A stretch of DNA of 64,000 bases from Octopus vulgaris (lineage: Eukaryota): positions 103,602,001 through 103,666,000 of the forward strand of contig OX597822.1 of NCBI GenBank assembly GCA_951406725.2. Reading direction: 5' to 3'. Below are positions 25,215 through 39,399 of this stretch, one piece after another (positions within the stretch are counted from its first letter, which is position 1; each line of letters opens with the position of its first letter). The notes beneath the pieces were generated by a model. The model searched no databases and was not told where the DNA came from. It saw nothing but the letters and a program-made list of their open reading frames with translations. The position numbers and the translations under genes are program-made.

Positions 25215-26045
25215 TGTTTATGAGTACCACCGTTGGTTGGTAGAGATAAGATCATTTTACCACCTCTGTACATCAAGCTTTAAAGACTCCGCCGGTTACG
25301 ACGACGAGGGTTCCGGTTGATCCGAATCAACGGAACAGCTTGCTCGTGAAATTAACGTGCAAATGGCTGAGCATTCCACAGACACGTGTACCCTTAACGT
25401 AGTTCTCAGGGAGTTTCAGCGTGACACAGAGTGTGACAAGGCTGGCCCTTTGAAATACAGGTACAACTCATTTTTGCCAGCTGAGTGGACTGGAGCAACG
25501 TGAAATAAAGTGTCTTGCTCAAGGACACAACGCGTCGCCGGGAATCGAACTCACAACCTTACGATCATGAGCCGAATGCCCTAACCACTAAGCCACGCGC
25601 CCTCACAGCACATCAAGCTAGGTTTAATGAAAGTGTTTGCGAAGGATTTGCTCAACGAAGTGGACTGCTTTGACGACATATGCAGAAAATGTCCACTGCT
25701 GAACATGAAGAAGCTAAAGGCAGGTATCTTTGACGGGGGACTCATGACAGACCTGCATTTCCAAGATTCAATAAGCAGTGCTAAAGCATAAGCATGGTTT
25801 TCCTTCGCTCTGGTTCTTCAAAGATTTTCTAAGGAGACATAAGCAGACAACTACTCTGAACCCCTATTCTCTTCTTTCATTGAGCTTGGCTGTAATATAA
25901 GTGACCTCAGGGCTTAAGAACTATGGAAGAAAGATACTAGGCACATTGAGATAACCATATAATTGTGGTTTACTTTGGGTCTGTTTAATGTGATTGCCCT
26001 GGAGCAGTTCACTACAGGAAGTCTCTGAAACGCTGCTTTCACGTT
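25215..26045 (+). pseudogene. Degenerate DNA transposase remnant (Chapaev3/CMC-like), interrupted by a SINE
   Basis: IILPPLYIKL before the SINE and HIKLGLMKVF..KLKAGIFDG after it, with stops and frameshifts. Family assignment is from motif recall. Confidence 0.6.
25285..25606 (-). mobile_element. SINE with a distinct tRNA head and tail type 2
   Basis: Head GGGCGCGTGGCTTAGTGGTTAGG..GAGTTCGATTCC; flanked by TSD ACATCAAGCT (25270-25279 and 25610-25619). Confidence 0.85.
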
Positions 26046-26201
26046 TGATTTTGACTTTAGTGGTGGTGCAGTTATCGTAGAAGTCCCATGGCTATAATCG
26101 ATTTTATTAATTGAACATCTTGTCTATGGTAAATGGGTGCAATTTCAGTCGTTGTATGTGTACAGTCTCGTGCATAAAGAATGGCAGTGTATCAATGAGA
26201 A

Positions 26202-26605
26202 AGGCGGCGAACTGGCAGAATCGTTAGCACGTCGGGGAGAAATGCCTAACGGTATTTCGTCTGTCTTTACGTTCTGAGTTCAAATTCCGCCGAGGTCGAC
26301 TTTGCCTTTCATCCTTTCGGAGTCGATTAAGTAAGTACCAGTTACGCAATGGGGGTCGATGTAATCGACTTAATCCGTTTGTCTGTCCTTGTTTGTCCCC
26401 TCTGTGTTTAGCCCCTTGTGGGTAGTAAAGAAATAGGTATTTCGTCTGCCGTTACGTTCTGAGTTCAAATTCCACCGAGGTCGACTTTGCCTTTCATCCT
26501 TTCCGGGTCTATAACATAAGAATCAACTGAATACAGGGATCGATGTGATCGATTTACCCAATGCTTCGAACTTTCTGGCCTTGTGCCAAAATTTGAAACC
26601 GATAT
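26202..26605 (+). mobile_element. SINE family C, dimeric
   Basis: Central block repeated at ~26250-26340 and ~26436-26525. Confidence 0.8.
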
Positions 26606-27193
26606 TGTATCAATGATAACGTTCTACGCTTATTCTATCACTATCTCTATTTCTTTGTCGCTCTTCCTCTGTCTATATTCTTTTTCCCTCCCACCCTTCT
26701 CTAATTCTTCTCCTCTCCTTTCACCGGTCTGTATCTGTCCCTCTCTCTCCCTCTCTTCCACTTTGATTCTCTCGGTGGTCACACGTAACCAGCGGTCACC
26801 TTTCTTCTCCTAACTCGATTTTCTTTCTTTCTCTGATTCAATGGATGTAATTTAATTATAATAAACGTATTCATCTTGTATGAAGCCATTTTATCCATCG
26901 AAAAGTAGCAATAACGATTTGTAACCATAACGCCTTGTGTCCATTCGATTATATGCATAGCAATATATAAATCCTCTCGAGGACCACAGATGATGGAGAA
27001 AATCTGATGATATTAAGAATCAATGAGCAAAGTTTGCCTAAAAGTAGCTCTCATATCTCAAGCACCAAATTCGGTGTTCTCTAGTGTAAATTTAACTATA
27101 CATTCTTATCTCATCGAACTCTGCAAATTTCGTGCGTCTGAGGTGACACTATATATATATATATATATATATCTGTATATATATATATTTATA

Positions 27194-27380
<187 letters not shown>

Positions 27381-28185
27381 ATTAGTATATGTGAATATGT
27401 GTGTATATCAATTTCAAGAACCTGCTACGAATAAATATGCATGGATAAATAATTCTGACACTGTATTTGTACTTATGTCAATCGACAACATATTATTCAT
27501 AAAAAAGTTAGTATACATTTATATACAAAAGAGGTGTTCTATTACAGACACCTCTTTTGTGTACAAATGTACACTAATTTCATATATATATATATAATTC
27601 TGATGCGACACTATCACTATCTCTATTTCTTTGTCGCTCTTCCTCTGTCTATATTCTTTTTCCATCCCACCCTTTCATTCTCTCGTAACTAGCGGTCACC
27701 TTTCTTCTCCTAACTCGATTTTCTTTCTTTCTTCTCGTTCAGCCACAAGGGATAGCACGCACTTTTGTCTGTCTCCTGTCAAAGCTTATTTCTTCAGTGT
27801 TCATCACTTCACCTCGTTATGGCTTAACAGCCCTTGCCGTTTGTTTTAACTGTCTTGTTTTTGTTACCAACTTTGACCCTCCTCAAATCCCAAATTCTAT
27901 TTAATTTGCTTTCTGGGAGCAACCGTTTTCGACGAAGACGCATCTTGTCCTAATGCTCGAAATACGGAGTAGATAAAACAGTGGACAACTGATGAAGGAA
28001 TTGTTCTTTATATTGCCTGTCGTGTTTTTTCATTTGTTTCTTTCGTTGTTCACAATAAAAGTTCGTTTTCTATGTTTTTATATTTCATTTTCTCGTTTTT
28101 CACGTTGATTACGTTTTTTGACGTCCTGTACCCATATATGCATGTGTATATACATATATATGCAAATATGTAATGTATGTATATA

Positions 28186-28327
<142 letters not shown>

Positions 28328-28332
28328 TCAAT

Positions 28333-28680
28333 TGGCCGCTCGAAGCTGAGGTACAGGGACGTGTGCAGTAGGGATATGAAGGCACTTGGCATCAAAACTA
28401 ATTCCTGGGAGAATCTCGCAGCCGACTGAACCACTCTTCACAAACAACTGCAGACCGGCGAAGAGAATTTGAGGGTGGCGGCAGCTGAAAACCGAGTCCG
28501 CAGACAATATATGACAGCCAACAGACCGGTTTCAACGTATGGGTGTGACCTCTGCAATCGAGACAGCCTCTCTCGCATCGGTCTCTACAGCCACAGGAAG
28601 TGTTGCAAAAACTCAATAGACAAATTAACGGACGGATGTTATCATCCATGGTCAGCCATGACCGACGGAGGCCCTAGGAA
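28333..28680 (+). pseudogene. RTE-clade LINE C-terminal remnant
   Basis: [31 protein letters not shown] and YGCDLCNRDSLSRIGLYSHRKCC (RTE/BovB-type terminal zinc finger). Confidence 0.8.
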
Positions 28681-29160
28681 TTCATATATACATGTATGTA
28701 TGTATGTATGTATGTATGTATGTATGTATGTATGTATGTATGTATGTATGTATGTATGTATGTATGTATGTATGTATGTATGTATGTATGTATGTCTTTA
28801 TATTTTCACGTTTGTATATATAAATATTTACTCATACATACATACATACACACATGGATGCATATATATACTCGTATCTACTATGCATACCTATGTTATA
28901 TATATATATGTGTGTTTGTGCGTGTATATGTATGTATGAATGTGTGTGTGGGGGCGTATATTTCCTTGTATATGTGTATGTCAACGAGTACTTTGTACGT
29001 GTTGCCTGCATAAATAAATAAACGGTATCACCTGTGTGATGAATGATAGGCGAACATACATCCATACACAGACGCGCGCGCACACCCACGCACACACCAT
29101 ACAGACACAAACAGACGCACGCACATGTATATATGTATACATACATACTTACACTCCCCA

Positions 29161-29198
<38 letters not shown>

Positions 29199-29208
29199 GT
29201 ATATATAT

Positions 29209-29356
29209 AATATAAGGGACATTAGCCAACTGAATATGGCTAGGGACAGGGCAGGGTGGTGGGGGTGTCACTGTTGCATTTAGCCCCAAACAGTGACACC
29301 CCCACCACCCTGCCCTGTCCCTAGCCATATTCAGTTGGCTAATGTCCCTTATATTA
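29209..29356. repeat. Perfect ~67-bp-arm GC-rich hairpin next to (TA)n
   Basis: AATATAAGGGACATTAGCCAACTG..GGGGGTGTCACTGTT mirrors AACAGTGACACCCCC..CAGTTGGCTAATGTCCCTTATATT; the loop region resembles 13503-13533. Confidence 0.92.
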
Positions 29357-29399
29357 TGGAGCAGTCACTGTCTATATCTCATTTAGAGAATTATTATTG

Positions 29400-29458
<59 letters not shown>

Positions 29459-30479
29459 TAAAGAGAGAAAGTGTAAAAGAATGAAGAGAAAAATGAATTA
29501 ATAAGTGGAAGTGTTTGAGTGAGAATTAGATATTAGATTAAAGGCACTTTTTACTTCCATCATTCCAACATTAGCCATTACATACAAAGCAAGCACCATG
29601 TCCACCAATCAATATGAAGATTGATATCTGGTGCTGATTTTAAAAGTTACACTTAAGAGGCTCCGTACAAGTTTAAATAATATTTCTCTGAGAATAAAAT
29701 CTCAACGTATTTAATGGGTATGAAAATCCCTCAGACATTTAAAAATTTTATAAATTTTTCTTTAAATATGATAAATTTATAAAAGCTATCACAGAGTTAA
29801 CCCCTTCACAATTGTGTTTCAATTTAATCTGTGATGTAGACTGTTCTGATAGTTATCAGAATTATAATTAATATATACAATATATTAATTATTATTAATA
29901 TATACTATACATATACGCTAACACATACATTCACACACACACACATCTTTTCTCTCTTTCATATATCCAAACATATACCCTCCCGCCCCACCCCACTCAC
30001 GGACAAGTATACAATAAACCTATTATTGTCACACATATACATAATCATTTATATTTAACACCTTCGTATACATTTAGACGTGGGAAGAAAACTACACACA
30101 AACGTCGAAGCTTAGTGACTCAGAAATGCGTTTTCTGTGATCTGATGTCATAATTTATGGTCATTGACTACACGGACAATGTCTCTCCAGTAACAGTTTT
30201 TGAAGCAAAGGTCTTTATATGTTTAGTGTACAGAAACATGTTAAGAATAATTGTACATAACTATATTTCAAACATCGTATCTTATCGTGCCTCTAATTAG
30301 TTAATTCCATCTTTAGAAATCTTTGCACATATCAGCTAATGTTTCATTAGCTGTTTGGATATATGAACCAAGGTCTTAGTGGTCTATTAGGGATACATCC
30401 GTTGTCTGCAGCTGATGAAACATTGTAAAAACAAGTGTTCTCCGGTGCTATGACCTAATCCATGGCCCACACGCATGCG

Positions 30480-30510
<31 letters not shown>

Positions 30511-30658
30511 ACATACACACATTGTATATACATATGATGGAAGTCAACTGGTTGAGCAAGATTGCTTCCTGCAAACGTTCTGGGAGTCTAAAAAGTTCCA
30601 GTATGGGAATTTGAGCGGGTAAAGTGTTTTACTGCGCTAAACACATTTTCAGTGAAAT

Positions 30659-31052
30659 ATTTATATATAAAAGAGAGGTTGTGTGCTGTCTGTCTCCTAC
30701 GATTTAGATTCCTAACTACCTCCACATTTTGCGGTGCAGTTTAACCAAAACCGGGTATCTTATAGTCGTGATTCATATCGAGCCCTTCTGGGTATTAGCG
30801 CGCGTCTACGATGAGTCTACGATTTAAAAAAAAAATTACCATCAATTTTTCCCATTTTTAATGGATTTTTGGCATATATAAGGGAAGTAACTCTCTAAAA
30901 ATGTATTATTAAATCTCAGAACGTAAAAAGCTACAGTAACACCCCCCTCTGTGGTTAGCCATATTGAGATGGCTATTATATTTTACATCTCTAAAAATGC
31001 TTATATAGTTATTTGCCTTACAAACCCGAGCAACGCCGGGCGATACTGCTAG
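30659..31052 (+). mobile_element. Non-autonomous Helitron
   Basis: Same family as 14466-14874; ends GCCGGGCGATACTGCTAG|T. Confidence 0.85.
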
Positions 31053-31457
31053 TCAGCTATAAACCTAGTGGTACAACCAAGGCTGAGACGACCAGAACCC
31101 AACTGCACTTCTAGCTTCTTTTATACCATATAACCTTCTCCTAGAAAGATGTTCTAATAAGAACTAGTTTATCCTCCACTCCCAGTGATTCAGGACCGGA
31201 AGCAGTTTTAAGTCATATCTGGATGCAGTTTTAAAACATACATCATATAAAAACGTGAGATTTTGAGATGTTCTTTGCGCCCCTATACGTTGTAGGAAGA
31301 AGACGAGAACTTTGACGAAAGAAACACTGAATACGTACCTACTCACAAAAACATGTTTACACACACACACACACATATTTCGCTTAGGTATTGTGAGACC
31401 AATAACCCGGTGTAGAACTCAATATATGTATGTTTCAGAACGAAGTGGTGGCAAAGT

Positions 31458-31840
31458 GGGAAGCATTCCGTCGGTTACGACGACGAGGGTTCCGGTTGAT
31501 CCGAATCAACGGAACAGCCTGCTCGTGAAATTAACGTGTAAGTGGCTGAGCACTCCACAGACACGTGTACCCTTAACGTAGTTCTCGGGGATATTCAGCG
31601 TGACACAGAGAGTGACAAGGCTGGCCCTTTGAAATACAGGTACAACAGAAACAGGAAGTAAGAGTGAGAGAAAGTTGTGGTGAAAGAATACAGCAGGGAT
31701 CACCACCATCCCCTGCCGGAGCATCGTGGAGCTTTAGGTGTTTTTGCTCAATAAACACTCACAACGCCCGGTCTGGGAATGGAAACCGCGATCCTATGAC
31801 CGCGAGTCCGCTGCCCTAACCACTGAGCCATTGCGCCTCC
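31458..31840 (-). mobile_element. SINE family B, tail type 2, with an 11-bp TSD
   Basis: TSD GGTGGCAAAGT at 31447-31457 and 31841-31851; empty paralogous site at ~36029-36040. Confidence 0.9.
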
Positions 31841-32034
31841 GGTGGCAAAGTATTGAGCAGGAATAAGAAAGAGGGATGACAAAGAAAATACATAATTATC
31901 TTATGAACTTCATTAGCTTAGAGCTCTTTCTGTCATAGTATGTAGTGAACTCATATTTGAGGGCCAAAATACTCATCATTTTGTTCCTGTCATTAGCCAA
32001 GTACCACTCTATACTCGGGCAACACTTGCTTCTG

Positions 32035-32071
<37 letters not shown>

Positions 32072-32654
32072 TAGGAAGTATAACTCCAAACGTATAGTGA
32101 AAAATTCAATTTAGTATTAAATCAAATTGCACAATATAAATATATAAAATATAAATTAGAGAAAAACCACTATTATGCAATTCAAACAATGATAAACATA
32201 AAGCAAATCATAAATAAAAAATAAAATATATTTTTAAAACATATAACTAGATCACAAAAAGTAACATTGTTTAAATTGCATAATAGTGTTTTTTCTCTAA
32301 TATATATAAAGGATAGAAGCGCAGTAATGGTTATAATATAGGAAACACGCAAATGACAAGTTGTTTTTTGAAAAACAAATAGAGAAACAGAAGTCATGGA
32401 ATGTTAAGAGATTCCAAACGACTCAGTAAATTGGATAAAGTGTAAACGGGAGCCTTTGAGTTCACAAGACAGCAATGGGAGTGTTGGCTGGTGGTAAGGC
32501 CCGTGATGTACTCTAAACCAGCTTAGGGAGTAGTTTTCTTCACTGTGCATGGGCGAGAACTCTCCCCAGCACCACAAAAGTGATGTTTTCTTCTAGTTTT
32601 AATTAACGTAACATACATGTAAACTTGTGTGGGTGTTTGCTTGTGTGTGTGTGC

Positions 32655-32726
<72 letters not shown>

Positions 32727-32749
32727 GGATTAGCTCGTATACGAGTAGG

Positions 32750-33108
32750 TATATATTTGTAAAAATTGAAGTTCGAAAATGCTGCTATATTATACAAATT
32801 TTTAATTTTTATATATACATTATAACATGTTTCGGTTCTTGAAATGAACCTTATCAAAAAAACTTATATATAAAAAAGATAGTTCATGCTATCAAATATA
32901 AAAAAATCATTTATAATACACAATGTCTGGCTCTATTGTGTATTATAAATGAATTTTTTATATTTGATAGCATGAACTATCTTTTTTATATATAAGTTTT
33001 TTTTGATAAGGTTCATTTCAAGAACTGAAACATGTTATAATGTATATATAAAAATTAAAAATTTGTATAATATAGCAGCATTTTCGAACTTCATTTTTTA
33101 CAAATATA
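32750..33108. repeat. Near-perfect fold-back (~175-bp arms) with a decayed hammerhead
   Basis: Arms meet at ~32925-32935; TTGATAA GGTTC..GAACT GAAA CATG TT at ~33003-33036. Confidence 0.85.
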
Positions 33109-33176
33109 TATATATATATATATATATATGTGAGTGTATGTGTGTGTGCGTGTATACATATACACATATCTATCTA

Positions 33177-33230
<54 letters not shown>

Positions 33231-34143
33231 TATATATATACATACATATGTATATACATATAAATATATATATATATACGCACAAATATATATAAATATA
33301 TATGTATATATGTGTATATATATATAGACATATATATATACATCTATTTATAAGTAAGATTGTTCTTGATATTAATAATGATGCGCACTCTTGACCTTTC
33401 TGTCCCCTCCCTTTCTCAGCCTTCATTCTTTCTGGTTTCCTTTTCTTCTACTTAGCTGTCTCTCCCTCTCTCTCATTCTTCACTCTCTCTCTCCCTCTCT
33501 CTCATTCTTCATTCTTTCTGGTTTCCTCACAACCATTCCCCTTTTCTCTCTCCCTTTCTCTTGCTCCTCTTCCTCCCTCCTGCCGTTAACCTGCGACGAG
33601 AGCTTTGCCACTGTCTTTCTCGCCTGACTTCCTTGGAGTGTGGACGGCATTTTTCTTTGCTCCCTTCGCCGTCCTCAGAAATAGCGTTCGTAATACTTTT
33701 TTTCGTTCGGCTTAACATCCCTTCTTGTCTTGTTATTCTCCTTGTCCTGTATTTTACTGTTTATATTTTGTACTGTCGTTACTGTCCTGTTTTTGTTACC
33801 AATTTTACCCCTCTGCAAAAAGATCTAAAATTTTATTTGATTTGCTTTTCGCAGGAAGGAAAGTTTCTATCGAAGATGCGTATCGCCTTCACCTTCGAAA
33901 CGCAGAGTAGATGAAACCATGGCGACTGAAGAAGGGGAATTTTCCTTGTGTTATTTGTCCTGTACTCTATTTTTTTTGTTGTTTAAGAAAAATGTCCAGT
34001 TTCTTGGTTTTGTGTTTATGTTTTCGTTTCTCATTGTGTTCGACGTTTTTTGGTGTCCTGTACCCATATATGCGTGTATATATACATGTAGAGGTAGGTA
34101 CGTACATATATGTATATATATATGCATATGTTTTATTTATTAA

Positions 34144-34200
<57 letters not shown>

Positions 34201-34307
34201 GTATGTATGTGTATATACATAAGTATGTATGTATGTGTATTAATAAATGTTTGATTAATCCTTTTATATATTGTATGAAGCTTTTCGCCCGGCATTTTGT
34301 TTTTGTA

Positions 34308-35582
34308 TAGGATGTGCCAAAACTCACTGATAGGTTTCAAGTTTTAAAAACTTCCTTAACCTTACAAAAAAGGCCATGAAATTTTGATACAATATAAAGC
34401 ACATGATACAAATTAAAATGCACACATCAAATATTGCAAAACCCCTAAATCACAAATCAAAAAGGACATCACTTAAATGGCAGCCATTTTCGACTTCGGA
34501 CACCCGTGCTCTTTTCAAAACTTGCACCATAACACCCTCAAGAGTTTCAGACCCCACTTCTCTGATTTCTCTACTGATGTTCTCTTTAAGTTGCACCAGG
34601 GTCTCCGGTTTGTTTACGTAAGCCCTCTCTTTCAGGTATCCCCACAAGAAAAAAAATCCGGACTAACCAAGTCTGGGGAACGTGAAGGCCATTCAAAGTA
34701 GACTTCACACATGGTTCCAGCAAGATGGGGCAACTGCTCATACCAAAAGAGAAAAAATTTAGTTGCTATGGCAATGCTTTGGAGAGAGAATAATCTCCCG
34801 CTACGGCAATTCGAACTGGCCTTCACGTTCCTCAAACTTGACTAGCTCGGAGTTTTTTGTGGGGACTCCTTAACGAGAGGATTTACGCCAACAAATCGGA
34901 GACCCTAGTGCAACTGAAGGAGAACATCAGTCGAAAAATCAGAGAAATAGGGTCTGAAATACTTAAGGGTGTTATAGTGCAAGTTTTGAAAAGATCACGG
35001 GTGTGTAAACCGAAAATGGCTGTCGTTTAAGTGATGCCATTTTTCATATGTGATGTAGTGGTGTTGCAAACTTTGACTTATGTATATTAATTTCCATTAT
35101 ATCTTTATATATAAAAGTGAAGTTGTGTGTCTGTCTCCTACGATTTAGATTCCTAACTACTCCCACATTTTGCGGTGCAGTGTAACCAAAAGTCTATCTT
35201 ATAGTCGTGATTCATATCGAGCCCTTCTGGGTATTAGCGCGCGTCTACGATGAGTCTACGATTAAAAAAAGAATTACCATCATTTTTTCCCATTTTTAAT
35301 GCATTTATTATATAAGGGAAGTAACTCTCTAAAATGTATTATTAAATCTCAGAACGTGAAAAGCTACTGTAACACCCCCCCCCGTTGTGGTTAGCCATAT
35401 TGAGATGGCTATTATACTTTACATCTCTAAAAATGCTTATATAGTTATTTCCCTTACAAAATCGAGTAATGCCGGGCGATATTGCTAGTCCTTAATAATA
35501 TATTAAAAGTTCATGCCTTTATTTGTAAAGTTAAGGAAGTTATTAGAAATTGAAACCCTTCAGTGACTTTTGCGATACTCTG
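34308..35582. mobile_element. Tc1/mariner-derived palindromic element made of two transposase 3' ends
   Basis: TA TSD and TIRs. WPSRSPDL..DFF..GYLKERAYVNKPETLVQLKENI on minus (~34450-34695) is mirrored on plus (~34815-35045). Empty site at ~49590. Confidence 0.85.
35102..35488 (+). mobile_element. Non-autonomous Helitron nested in the mariner-derived element
   Basis: A|TCTTTATATATAAAAG ... GCCGGGCGATATTGCTAG|T. Confidence 0.87.
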
Positions 35583-36369
35583 TATAACCACTTTGTAAGT
35601 ACAGTACATACAGACATGCGCAGATACGGTTGAATAGACAGACATGCATACCACTCGAAGGGGAAAGGGGGGGAGAGATGTTTCACAGCAAAACATATTA
35701 ATATATCTACACACACATGCATGCACACTTGCACTCAAAAACACATTCATACACACATTCACACTCACATACACATACACATACACACCAGGGCCGGACA
35801 CTAGAGGGGTGGTGCCTGAGGTGTACGTGCGTGCACCATCAAGAAAGGAAGTGCGCTCTTCTAAATAATTTTCTCCTGGAGTTGTATTCCCTAATGACCT
35901 TGTACCTTCCTTTCGAAAAATTCCTGGGACCGCGCCTGCACACACACACACGCACACACATTTCACTTAGGTATTACGAGACCAATAACCCGGTGTAGAA
36001 CTCAATATACGCATGTTTCAGAACGAAGTGGTGGCAGAGTATGGAGCAGGGATAAGAAAGAGGGATGACAAAAGAAATAAATAATTATCTTACGAACTTC
36101 ATTAGCTTAGATCTGTTTCTGCTATAGTATGCAGTGGATTGATAGTTGAGTGCCTGAATAACCATAATTTATTTCCTTTGTCACCAGTCTTTCTTATTAC
36201 CACAGTATACTCGGCCAACACTTCTTTCTGAAATATATATATATAGGAGGGAGAGTTCACAAACGAAACAAAAGACGAAGCCAGGTGGTGTAGAAAACAA
36301 ACAGATGTATTAGTATAACGCTCAGGAATTGAAAAAAGTCTTTTACGTTTCGAGCCTACGCTCTTCTAC

Positions 36370-36453
<84 letters not shown>

Positions 36454-36696
36454 TTATTATAGTGACATATTAACTCAACGCACTCACTGATCTGGTTTCC
36501 ACTCGTTTACTTATATATTTTCACAAAATTTTTTGTTGCGTCTTGCAACCTTCTAAATAGTCGTTGAGGCTGTCCGTTGAATTAATAAGGCACTAAAAGA
36601 GAATGGCTCTCCCCAGACACAATAAAATATAAATCAGCTCACGAATTCGCAAAAAGAATCTTGTAAACCAAATACCAAAACGAAATATATATATAT

Positions 36697-37168
36697 ATAA
36701 TTATCTATTACACCAAGTAGTCTTCGGCATGTAAAAGCCTCATTCGAGGAAAATTTAAGTAATACTAAGCAATAAAGGGTTTAGCAACGAATTGCCTTAC
36801 CACAGACCGAATTTAGAAATAGCAGTCAAAGAGTTATAGCTATTTCTTCTACTAAAAAGGGAGATCTCAGTAAAAAACACAGCAATTGGAAGGCAGACAC
36901 AAACAGGTAAGAGAGAATGAATTGACGGCAATCTATCATACAATTTTAAGTTATCTACGGACGCACGTTTCGAAATCAAGTTTTTAGGAAAGCATGAGAA
37001 TTAAATATTAAATAATTCTACGTTACCCAAACTTCTTTTCTCTTCAGCGTAGAATACTATAATCATAAGTGATTATATATTGAATTTTGAGATACTAGAA
37101 GGCACCAACTCAACTCAGTATCAGAGCGAGCTAGAATCCGCAACTAGTATCACCAAACTCAAAGTGTG
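36697..37168 (-). repeat. Inverted partial copy (472 bp) of the 596-bp unit, with a hammerhead at 36954-37053
   Basis: Reverse complement of the array unit; its left end abuts (TA)n. Confidence 0.95.
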
Positions 37169-37611
37169 GTGTCTGCCTTCCAATTGCTGTGTTTTTTACT
37201 GAGATCTCCCTTTTTAGTAGAAGAAATAGCTATAACTCTTTGACTGCTATTTCTAAATTCGGTCTGTGGTAAGGCAATTCGTTGCTAAACCCTTTATTGC
37301 TTAGTATTACTTAAATTTTCCTCGAATGAGGCTTTTACATGCCGAAGACTACTTGGTGTAATAGATAATTATTCCAAATTAATTAATTTCACCCTTCATT
37401 ATTACGGATAACCATATTTTATCTCAGTAGATGACCATAGCATCTTGTTTTGGCTACACGCGGGTGGGAAGGGGCTGGTGACACAATCCTTTCATTCACA
37501 CTTTGAGTTTGGTGATACTAGTTGCGGATTCTAGCTCGCTCTGATACTGAGTTGAGTTGGTGCCTTCTAGTATCTCAAAATTCAATATATAATCACTTAT
37601 GATTATAGTAT

Positions 37612-37711
37612 TCTACGCTGAAGAGAAAAGAAGTTTGGGTAACGTAGAATTATTTAATATTTAATTCTCATGCTTTCCTAAAAACTTGATTTCGAAACGT
37701 GCGTCCGTAGA
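37612..37711 (+). ncRNA. Type I hammerhead ribozyme, copy 1
   Basis: TCTACG CTGAAGA [GAAAAGAAGTTT..AGAATTA..TAATTCT..AAACTTGATTTC] GAAA CGTGCG TC^ CGTAGA; predicted cut after 37705. Confidence 0.9.
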
Positions 37712-38207
37712 TAACTTAAAATTGTATGATAGATTGCCGTCAATTCATTCTCTCTTACCTGTTTGTGTCTGCCTTCCAATTGCTGTGTTTTTTACTGAGA
37801 TCTCCCTTTTTAGTAGAAGAAATAGCTATAACTCTTTGACTGCTATTTCTAAATTCGGTCTGTGGTAAGGCAATTCGTTGCTAAACCCTTTATTGCTTAG
37901 TATTACTTAAATTTTCCTCGAATGAGGCTTTTACATGCCGAAGACTACTTGGTGTAATAGATAATTATTCCAAATTAATTAATTTCACCCTTCATTATTA
38001 CGGATAACCATATTTTATCTCAGTAGATGACCATAGCATCTTGTTTTGGCTACACGCGGGTGGGAAGGGGCTGGTGACACAATCCTTTCATTCACACTTT
38101 GAGTTTGGTGATACTAGTTGCGGATTCTAGCTCGCTCTGATACTGAGTTGAGTTGGTGCCTTCTAGTATCTCAAAATTCAATATATAATCACTTATGATT
38201 ATAGTAT

Positions 38208-38307
38208 TCTACGCTGAAGAGAAAAGAAGTTTGGGTAACGTAGAATTATTTAATATTTAATTCTCATGCTTTCCTAAAAACTTGATTTCGAAACGTGCGT
38301 CCGTAGA
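38208..38307 (+). ncRNA. Type I hammerhead ribozyme, copy 2
   Basis: Identical to copy 1 (+596). Confidence 0.9.
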
Positions 38308-38803
38308 TAACTTAAAATTGTATGATAGATTGCCGTCAATTCATTCTCTCTTACCTGTTTGTGTCTGCCTTCCAATTGCTGTGTTTTTTACTGAGATCTC
38401 CCTTTTTAGTAGAAGAAATAGCTATAACTCTTTGACTGCTATTTCTAAATTCGGTCTGTGGTAAGGCAATTCGTTGCTAAACCCTTTATTGCTTAGTATT
38501 ACTTAAATTTTCCTCGAATGAGGCTTTTACATGCCGAAGACTACTTGGTGTAATAGATAATTATTCCAAATTAATTAATTTCACCCTTCATTATTACGGA
38601 TAACCATATTTTATCTCAGTAGATGACCATAGCATCTTGTTTTGGCTACACGCGGGTGGGAAGGGGCTGGTGACACAATCCTTTCATTCACACTTTGAGT
38701 TTGGTGATACTAGTTGCGGATTCTAGCTCGCTCTGATACTGAGTTGAGTTGGTGCCTTCTAGTATCTCAAAATTCAATATATAATCACTTATGATTATAG
38801 TAT

Positions 38804-38903
38804 TCTACGCTGAAGAGAAAAGAAGTTTGGGTAACGTAGAATTATTTAATATTTAATTCTCATGCTTTCCTAAAAACTTGATTTCGAAACGTGCGTCCGT
38901 AGA
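38804..38903 (+). ncRNA. Type I hammerhead ribozyme, copy 3
   Basis: Identical to copy 1 (+1192). Confidence 0.9.
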
Positions 38904-39399
38904 TAACTTAAAATTGTATGATAGATTGCCGTCAATTCATTCTCTCTTACCTGTTTGTGTCTGCCTTCCAATTGCTGTGTTTTTTACTGAGATCTCCCTT
39001 TTTAGTAGAAGAAATAGCTATAACTCTTTGACTGCTATTTCTAAATTCGGTCTGTGGTAAGGCAATTCGTTGCTAAACCCTTTATTGCTTAGTATTACTT
39101 AAATTTTCCTCGAATGAGGCTTTTACATGCCGAAGACTACTTGGTGTAATTGATAATTATTCCAAATTAATTAATTTCACCCTTCATTATTACGGATAAC
39201 CATATTTTATCTCAGTAGATGACCATAGCATCTTGTTTTGGCTACACGCGGGTGGGAAGGGGCTGGTGACACAATCCTTTCATTCACACTTTGAGTTTGG
39301 TGATACTAGTTGCGGATTCTAGCTCGCTCTGATACTGAGTTGAGTTGGTGCCTTCTAGTATCTCAAAATTCAATATATAATCACTTATGATTATAGTAT

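Noticed and set aside
37686-37868. 60-aa ORF repeated in every array unit
   Set aside because: TTG start, overlaps the ribozyme cut site, and has no recognisable motif; its identity across copies only reflects the repeat.
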